A stretch of DNA of 44,814 bases, from the NCBI GenBank assembly GCA_031290495.1, contig JAITNL010000082.1, positions 1-44,814 of the forward strand, in the 5' to 3' direction. The notes under the pieces were generated by a model. That model was not told the origin of the DNA. It did no database searches and saw only the letters and a program-made list of their open reading frames with translations. The first letter of the stretch is position 1. Every line of letters begins with the position of its first letter. A program made the position numbers and the translations under genes. This document shows, piece by piece, positions 1 to 6,100 of the stretch. Origin of the DNA: Accumulibacter sp. (lineage in GTDB: Bacteria; Pseudomonadota; Gammaproteobacteria; Burkholderiales; Rhodocyclaceae).

Positions 1-187
1 GAGCGGCGGCTGCAATATCTACGGAACGGGTTCAAGACCCAAGGGGCGACTCGGCATCCCGCCGCTCTGTCTCAAGAAAATCTACTTCCTCGAGACGGAA
101 ACATCATACAAGGGGCGACGTGCGTGTCCGCCCTTGCCGGTGGCATATCGGAGGCCCAGGGCGCACGCAGTGCGCCCCTACGGAACG
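1..187. repeat. REP-like palindromic repeat cluster (GTAG-type REP doublet plus a second partial copy)
   Basis: Inverted repeat GAGCGGCGG (1-9) / CCGCCGCTC (59-67). Direct repeats CAAGGGGCGAC (40-50, 109-119) and CTACGGAACG (19-28, 178-187). Hairpin AGGGCGCACGCAGTGCGCCCCTAC (158-181), whose reverse complement starts GTAG as in RAYT-associated REPs. Confidence 0.6.
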
Positions 188-447
188 CGTGGAGGCCAAC
201 CGCTTCGCTGCGCTCTGACAAGCGGGAGAACTGAGGGGTACCGGTGAAGGGATGCAAACACAAAACGTTGCGCCGTCTCCAGCTGTCTTGCGGAGATAAA
301 AGTATCAAATGCCGTTTGTCACAAACAAATATCGCATAACCCATTGATATCACTCTCTTTTAATTCCCGGCATATTCCTGCCGAAACTCTCCCGTCGTAC
401 ATACAAAATTTTCAGTGCTTCGCTTACCCTGTGCTTCGCTTATCCTC

Positions 448-490
448 TTGACACCCGCTGGCCAATGTGTGACTTTTAATCCATGGAGGA
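448..490 (+). promoter_or_regulatory. Possible sigma70 promoter and RBS of the E1 operon
   Basis: Perfect TTGACA at 448-453 but only a weak -10 at 17 bp (GACTTT). Strong GGAGG RBS at 485-489 before ATG 497. Confidence 0.3.
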
Positions 491-496
491 CGCACA

Positions 497-1453
497 ATGA
501 ATAGCGACGAGCAAAAGAAACTCCTGCGGATGATGCTTTTAATCAGGCGTTTTGAAGAAAAGCTGGTTGACCTGAGCAAGGATCCCCAAAAATTGTCCGG
601 GATGATGATTGTCTGTACCGGGCAGGAAGCGATCTCCGCCGGGGTCGGCGCGGCCCTCGAAGCGGACGACGTGATCATCAGCAACCACCGCAGCCACGGT
701 CATTTGCTGGCGAAAGGGGCGGAACCGGACTTGATCATGGCGGAAATATTCGGTCGCCGCACCGGGTACAACAAAGGGAAAAGCGGCACCCTCCATATTG
801 CCGTGCCGGAAGTCAATGCCTTGTGCACCACGACCGTCGTCGGCGGCGGCATCCCCATTGCCGTGGGTACGGCTTTTGCCATGCAGTATCGGCAAAAGAA
901 TGATGTCACCGTCTGCTTTTTCGGCGATGGCGCGGCGGATGAAGGCAGCTTCCATGAGGCGTTGAATCTGGCCTCCTTATGGAATCTGCCGGTGATCTTC
1001 ATTTGTGAAAACAATGTTTACGCCGGCGCGCAGCGTCAGGAAGAACACGCCAGAATAAAAGACGTTGCGGTTCGGGCCGCTGCCTACGCCATGCGTAGCG
1101 AAATAGTGGACGGCAATGACGCGCTGGCGGTTCACCAAGCGGCGCGAAAGGCGCGGGAAGATTGTCTCTCTGGCGCCGGGCCGGTTTTGATCGAATGTAA
1201 AACATATCGCTGGGGCGGTCACAGCACCACCGATCACCAGCTCTACCAGCCCGCGAATGAAATCGCCCGCTGGAAAGAACGCTGCCCCATCCTGAAACTC
1301 AAGGCTTCTCTGACGCGGACGGGCGCGCTCACCAATCAGCAAGTCGAGCGGCTGGAAAAGGAAGCCGGGCAACAGGTGGAGCACGCCGTGCAATTTGCCC
1401 TGGACAGTCCGTGGCCGGCGCCAGAGGAAGCTCTGGAAGATGTTTACGTCTGA
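497..1453 (+). CDS. TPP-dependent 2-oxoacid/acetoin dehydrogenase E1 alpha subunit (AcoA/PdhA-like)
   Basis: TPP-binding motif GDGA...ENN (FFGDGAADEGSFHEALNLA...CENN), plus GQEA, HRSHGH and YRWGGHS; 318 aa. Confidence 0.95.
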   Translation: MNSDEQKKLLRMMLLIRRFEEKLVDLSKDPQKLSGMMIVCTGQEAISAGVGAALEADDVIISNHRSHGHLLAKGAEPDLIMAEIFGRRTGYNKGKSGTLHIAVPEVNALCTTTVVGGGIPIAVGTAFAMQYRQKNDVTVCFFGDGAADEGSFHEALNLASLWNLPVIFICENNVYAGAQRQEEHARIKDVAVRAAAYAMRSEIVDGNDALAVHQAARKAREDCLSGAGPVLIECKTYRWGGHSTTDHQLYQPANEIARWKERCPILKLKASLTRTGALTNQQVERLEKEAGQQVEHAVQFALDSPWPAPEEALEDVYV

Positions 1454-1486
1454 AACGGTATCTTGTCACCGCGAGAGGAACGCAAA

Positions 1487-2464
1487 ATGCAGCAACTGAC
1501 TTTGGGGCAGGCCGTCAATCAGGCGCTGCGCGAGGAAATGCGCCGCGACGAGCGAATTTTTTTGGCGGGAGAGGGGATCGGGAGGGGTATTCTCAGCGAT
1601 CCCCGCATGGCCACGCACGGATTGTTGGAAGAATTTGGGCCACGGCGGGTCAAGGATACGCCGGTTTCCGAGGCGGCCATCGCCGGTTTGGCGGTGGGAG
1701 CTTCGGCCATGGGGCTTTTGCCGGTCGTGGAGATCATGTTCAATCCTTTCTTTACGATCGCCGCCGACCAAATAGTGAATCACGCCGCCAAACTGCGTTA
1801 TCTCTCTGGCGGAAAAAGCAAATTCCCGCTGGTGATACGAGTCAAAACCGGGGCCGGTTTCGGCGCGGGATGTCAGCATTCACATAACCTGGAGGCGTGG
1901 GTCGCCCACGTGCCGGGACTCAAAGTCGTCATGCCCGGAACACCGGCGGACGCCAAAGGTTTGTTGAAATCGGCCATTCGTGATGAAAATCCGGTCATCT
2001 TTTTTGAAGATTTACTTTTGAACTTCATCCCCGGCCCGGTTCCGGTAGGCGATTACACCACGCCCATTGGGGCGGCGGACATCAAAAAAGCCGGCCGGGA
2101 TGTGACGGTCGTCACCTGGTCCAAAATGCTGGGAGTGGCCATCAAAGCCGCCGCGCAATTGGAACAGGAGGGGATCAGTGTGGAAATCGTCGATTTACGC
2201 ACGCTGACGCCGCTCGATGAAGCCACGGTTTTGACGTCAGTGCGCAAAACTGGCCGCTTGGCGGTGTTGCACGAAGCCACCCGAACCGGCGGCTTCGGCG
2301 GCGAAATTGCGGCGCTGGTAGCGGAAAAAGCCTTTGCCGCCCTGAAAGCGCCCATAAAACGCGTAACCGCTCCGGATATTCCGGCGCCTTTCAGCAAACC
2401 GCTGGAAGAGTTCTTCATTCCCAATGAAAACAAACTGATCCAGGCGGTCAAAGAACTTTTTTAG
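1487..2464 (+). CDS. TPP-dependent dehydrogenase E1 beta subunit (AcoB/PdhB-like)
   Basis: Motifs DTPVSEAAI, VVEIMF, QHSH, PGLKVVMP, ENPVIFFE, DLRTLTPLD. ATG 1487 chosen because it follows an AGAGGA RBS; the ORF track starts at 1463. Confidence 0.95.
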   Translation: MQQLTLGQAVNQALREEMRRDERIFLAGEGIGRGILSDPRMATHGLLEEFGPRRVKDTPVSEAAIAGLAVGASAMGLLPVVEIMFNPFFTIAADQIVNHAAKLRYLSGGKSKFPLVIRVKTGAGFGAGCQHSHNLEAWVAHVPGLKVVMPGTPADAKGLLKSAIRDENPVIFFEDLLLNFIPGPVPVGDYTTPIGAADIKKAGRDVTVVTWSKMLGVAIKAAAQLEQEGISVEIVDLRTLTPLDEATVLTSVRKTGRLAVLHEATRTGGFGGEIAALVAEKAFAALKAPIKRVTAPDIPAPFSKPLEEFFIPNENKLIQAVKELF

Positions 2465-2570
2465 GCAAGGCAATAACGGGACAGTGACATTTATGTTTTG
2501 ACAAGGTGAAATGACACTGACACCTTTAATCCGAGTGGGAATACGCGAATTTCAATGGCGAGTTGAGCAA

Positions 2571-3788
2571 ATGATCAAGGCTCTTGAAGTTTTAGCGCTC
2601 TTTCTGGTTATTTTGATTGCCAGAAAAATTTTGCCTTTCATCGCGCTGGCGATGCTGGCGCTCATTATTCCGTCTAAATGGCTCAAGCCCAAAGAGGAGA
2701 TCAATCAAGCTGAAGAAGAGGAAGAAGAAGAAGAAGGTGATGATGACGGTGAAGAAGATGCCTTATGGGTGGAAAAACTTTGGCAGTGGGCAGCAGAAAA
2801 CAAAATAAAAAAGGATCATCTTCCGCATGACAAGGCAAAACTGCTGGCGACAGAAACGCTGGACCTCTGGATTCCGGGGTTTTCAAAATTGCCCAAAGAA
2901 ATCAGGTATTTGAGCAAGCTGAAAAAGTTGCGTTTGCGGAGCGGCTTCGTCTCCCTGACCAGACAGATTGGCCATCTTACCAACCTGACCGTGCTGGATG
3001 TCAGCGAATCATATCTGGACAAGCTACCGGAAGAAATCGGCGCGCTGGTCAATCTGACTACGCTCAACGTGTATGACACACGCATGACTGAGTTGCCAAA
3101 AAGCATTGGCGCGTTGAAAAACCTGCAACAGCTCAATATCGGGCTGACCTACATCAAAACGCTGCCGCAAGAGATTTGTGCGCTTGAAAATTTACGCCAG
3201 ATCGAGTTCTATGGAGAATATTCCGAACGCGGCGAGGAGCCTCGCCAGATCCGCGAAATCCCCGAACAGGTTTATGCCTTGACCTCATTGCGGGTACTTT
3301 CTTCCCGCTTTAATCCTGTAAAAAGCCTGTCGCCAAAGATCGGCAATCTGAAAAATCTCAGAAGGCTTGAGCTACACGACAATTATTTCACCGAAATTCC
3401 TGGGGAGATCGGAGCATTAAAAGAACTCAGAGTGCTTGATCTGGGCGGATACAACTCGAACTTGACTGCCATCCCCAAAGAGATTGGCGCTCTGCAAGCG
3501 TTGGAGGAACTGGATATTGAGTGCGGAACTTTGCTCCTGCCGCCAGAACTCTGGACGCTGACCCGGCTCAAAAAGCTGCGCCTGTGGTGGCGGTACGATG
3601 CCCCTGTCAAATATTTCCCCAAGGAAATCGCCGCGCTCACCCAACTGGAGGATATTAACATCAACGGCAAAGGCGAAATAAAAATCCCACAGGAATTCTG
3701 GAGCCTGAAAAAGATCAAAAGAATGCAGAACATGGATTTGAACGACTGGAAAACCTCGCGTTCCAGACACGATATTTTTAATGCCTGA
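2571..3788 (+). CDS. Leucine-rich repeat protein with N-terminal membrane anchor and acidic linker
   Basis: About 12 repeats of LxxLPxEIGxLxNLxxLxL type. N-terminal hydrophobic segments and an E/D tract (EEEEEEEEGDDDGEED). Start could be 2511 or 2571. Confidence 0.9.
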   Translation: MIKALEVLALFLVILIARKILPFIALAMLALIIPSKWLKPKEEINQAEEEEEEEEGDDDGEEDALWVEKLWQWAAENKIKKDHLPHDKAKLLATETLDLWIPGFSKLPKEIRYLSKLKKLRLRSGFVSLTRQIGHLTNLTVLDVSESYLDKLPEEIGALVNLTTLNVYDTRMTELPKSIGALKNLQQLNIGLTYIKTLPQEICALENLRQIEFYGEYSERGEEPRQIREIPEQVYALTSLRVLSSRFNPVKSLSPKIGNLKNLRRLELHDNYFTEIPGEIGALKELRVLDLGGYNSNLTAIPKEIGALQALEELDIECGTLLLPPELWTLTRLKKLRLWWRYDAPVKYFPKEIAALTQLEDININGKGEIKIPQEFWSLKKIKRMQNMDLNDWKTSRSRHDIFNA

Positions 3789-3881
3789 TCTTTGAACGCC
3801 TGCGCCTGTTTTCAGGGAAGGGGCAGGGAGTGCAGCGGATTGCTACCGTTGTCCCAAAAGCGCGTAGCCCACATGGGTCGG

Positions 3882-3965
3882 GCGAACCCCGACATCGTCA
3901 CTCGGGTTCGTCGGTATTTCATAGGGCTATTGTGCCTGTCTTTGTCGGGGTTCGCTTCGCTTACA
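3882..3965. repeat. Degenerate REP-like doublet
   Basis: 13-bp inverted repeat GCGAACCCCGACA (3882-3894) / TGTCGGGGTTCGC (3943-3955), followed by TTCGCTTAC. Confidence 0.5.
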
Positions 3966-4096
3966 CCAGGGATTAAAGGAGTAATTTTCTTTTTTAATTC
4001 AATAAGTTAAATGTCTCTGACTCCAATGCCACTACCTTAAGCAAAACGCATGTTAAATCAATGTTCCGCACGTGCGTGTCAGGTTTTACCGAATAT

Positions 4097-4457
4097 AGGG
4101 CCATCGCATTTGGCTGGTGTTCTCCCCCGCCCCTATTTTAACCCGTCATTCCCGCGCCAGCAGGAATCCATGCCGCCGTCGGGAAACCATGAAAGACTGG
4201 ATTCCTGCTTACGCAGGAATGACGGGGTATGGGAAAGGCGTGGCGCCGTGCTCTGATTAAGCGCAGTCCCTTCCTTGGCCAAATGCGATGGCCCTGATTT
4301 TAGCTCGTCATTCCCGCGCCAGCAGGAATCCATGCAGCCGATGGGAAACCTGAAAGGCTGGATTCCTGCTTGCGCAGGAATGACGGGGTATGGGAAGGGC
4401 GTGGCGCCGTGCTCCTGTCAAGCGCGGCCCCTTCCCTGGCCAAATGCGATGGCCCTG
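4097..4457. mobile_element. MITE-like element with 18-bp terminal inverted repeats and a tandemly duplicated ~162-bp unit containing a REP/dRS3-like hairpin pair
   Basis: AGGGCCATCGCATTTGGC (4097-4114) has exact inverse copies at 4278-4295 and 4439-4456. Near-identical units lie at ~4135-4296 and ~4297-4457. Each holds CGTCATTCCCGCGCCAGCAGGAATCCA ... TGGATTCCTGCTT(A/G)CGCAGGAATGACG (4144-4170/4198-4224; 4306-4332/4359-4385). Confidence 0.7.
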
Positions 4458-4519
4458 TTCAAAGATAGGAGCGGTCAACCATTGGCTTGCGGCAAGGAAG
4501 GGAAGGCGGAGCCAACCGC

Positions 4520-6100
4520 TTATTGCAAAAACACGCCGGTTTCTTCGCCTAAGGCTTGCCGCCAGCCGGGCAGGCGCTGTTCCGGAGGAATCAGGTATTC
4601 ATAGTGGAAGGCCAGCGCTGCCTTGAAGGCGTCCCTGGCGGGCAGTTCGGCCAGCTGGTCCAGAATCGTGCCGGTGATGCCGCCGCCGGCCAGAATGTCT
4701 ACCGGTGACGCGGCCAAGGGAAAAGATGCTTCGCCGTCCACAGCCTCCGCCCGGCAACGCAGGGGGAGAAAAGCCATGCACAGGCTGTCCCGCCGTGGAT
4801 CTTCCAGCTTGTCCGCCAGTGCCTGTTCATGGTGCGCAAGCAAGGCGCGCTTGACGCCTTGGCGCATCCGCGTCAGGTAGCCCTCCTGGTAGAAGCCGCC
4901 GCAGCAAAACAATCCACGTGCCAAAGCCAGGGCGGCAAAAGACAGCAGCATACCCGGCAGGATCGTTCGTTTTTCCAGCGCTCGATCGAGGGCGTCTGGC
5001 TCCAGACTCACCCAGGGCCTGTCCGGGTCGGGCGGCGCATCGTCCGACCAAGGCAGCAGATGCCGGTATTGCGCATCCGGCACCAGGGGCAGCAGGCTGG
5101 ACGATTGGCGGTCGATCCCCCAGAAAAGAAAGCTGCCCCGCTGTAGGCGAAGACCTTGCTCCGGCGGGGCAAAATCCCAGCAGCCGCGCGTTCCGTTGAG
5201 TTCCGTCAACAGACTCTCCGGCATACCGGGTTCAAGCAGACAGGCGATCAGTGAATGCGGTTGGCCGAGGTCCGCGCGGATAATTTCCAGACTGAGCAGG
5301 GTCATGTCCAGGTTGACCAGCGGCGGCGGGGTCAGGCCGGGAGCGAACAGCATCTCCCAGATCAGGCTGTTCATCAGCGTGGCCTGCTCCCCGTAAGTGG
5401 GCCGTGCCAGAACCTGGGGGTTCAGGAAGACTTCCGCCAGCAGGCGGCGCGCCGCGCCGGTCTCGCTTGGCGTGAGCGGGCCGCAATCCGGGCTGCTCAG
5501 GGTGGGGCTGTGCAACAGCGCGCGCACCGTGCCTTCCGGCGCGGCCTCGCGCAGACTCAGGGGAATACGGCGGTGTTTATCCGGCAACACGGGCAAGCGG
5601 CCCGGCAAAAAGCTTTGCGCCTTGCCGCGTCCCAGCAGGATGCCGCGCGGGTAAGCGAAATTGTTCCAGAGCACGCCGCCGCAGGAAAACACGGGGATGG
5701 CCTGGGCGTTTCCCCGCAGGGCGTGGAGCGCGAAGATGAGATTGCCCTGCACGAATTGCGGGTGAAAATCCGCGCCCAGGTGGTTGGCCGTGAGCGCGCA
5801 GAAATTCTCTTCCAGGGCGCGCGCCAGCTTTTGGCCGTGCGCCGGGGAAAGCAGATCGGACGCCCGGTCTCGCGCCAGGGCAATCAGATCGCCGCCGTCC
5901 TGAACCGGGCCAGGGCGGTGGGCCAGCGGATTTTTCCGCCGGAAATCCGTGCTCAGTTCAAGCAGCGTCCGCTCTTCGAGAGAGGCAAAGAAGGTCATCG
6001 CCTCCGGAATGTTTTGCCGGAGCTGCTCCAGACAGGCGGGCTTCAGGCTGGATGGCCGGGGACGATCCGGTGTTTCCGGTCGGGTCTCAGCGTTTGGCAT
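4520..6100 (-). CDS. Hypothetical protein (526 aa), coupled to the upstream MFS gene; possibly a Rossmann/HUP-fold enzyme
   Basis: Long ORF with AAGGAG RBS, overlapping the MFS gene end by 14 bp. Motif-like blocks TANHLG..HP, NNFAYPRG, GSFLFWG, GGFYQEGYL. No family recognised with certainty. Confidence 0.8.
   Translation of the reverse strand: MPNAETRPETPDRPRPSSLKPACLEQLRQNIPEAMTFFASLEERTLLELSTDFRRKNPLAHRPGPVQDGGDLIALARDRASDLLSPAHGQKLARALEENFCALTANHLGADFHPQFVQGNLIFALHALRGNAQAIPVFSCGGVLWNNFAYPRGILLGRGKAQSFLPGRLPVLPDKHRRIPLSLREAAPEGTVRALLHSPTLSSPDCGPLTPSETGAARRLLAEVFLNPQVLARPTYGEQATLMNSLIWEMLFAPGLTPPPLVNLDMTLLSLEIIRADLGQPHSLIACLLEPGMPESLLTELNGTRGCWDFAPPEQGLRLQRGSFLFWGIDRQSSSLLPLVPDAQYRHLLPWSDDAPPDPDRPWVSLEPDALDRALEKRTILPGMLLSFAALALARGLFCCGGFYQEGYLTRMRQGVKRALLAHHEQALADKLEDPRRDSLCMAFLPLRCRAEAVDGEASFPLAASPVDILAGGGITGTILDQLAELPARDAFKAALAFHYEYLIPPEQRLPGWRQALGEETGVFLQ

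Noticed and set aside
4050-4626. Short ORFs over the repeat cluster
   Set aside because: They are translations of REP/MITE palindromes (e.g. LDSCLRRND, WIPACAGMT), not genes.
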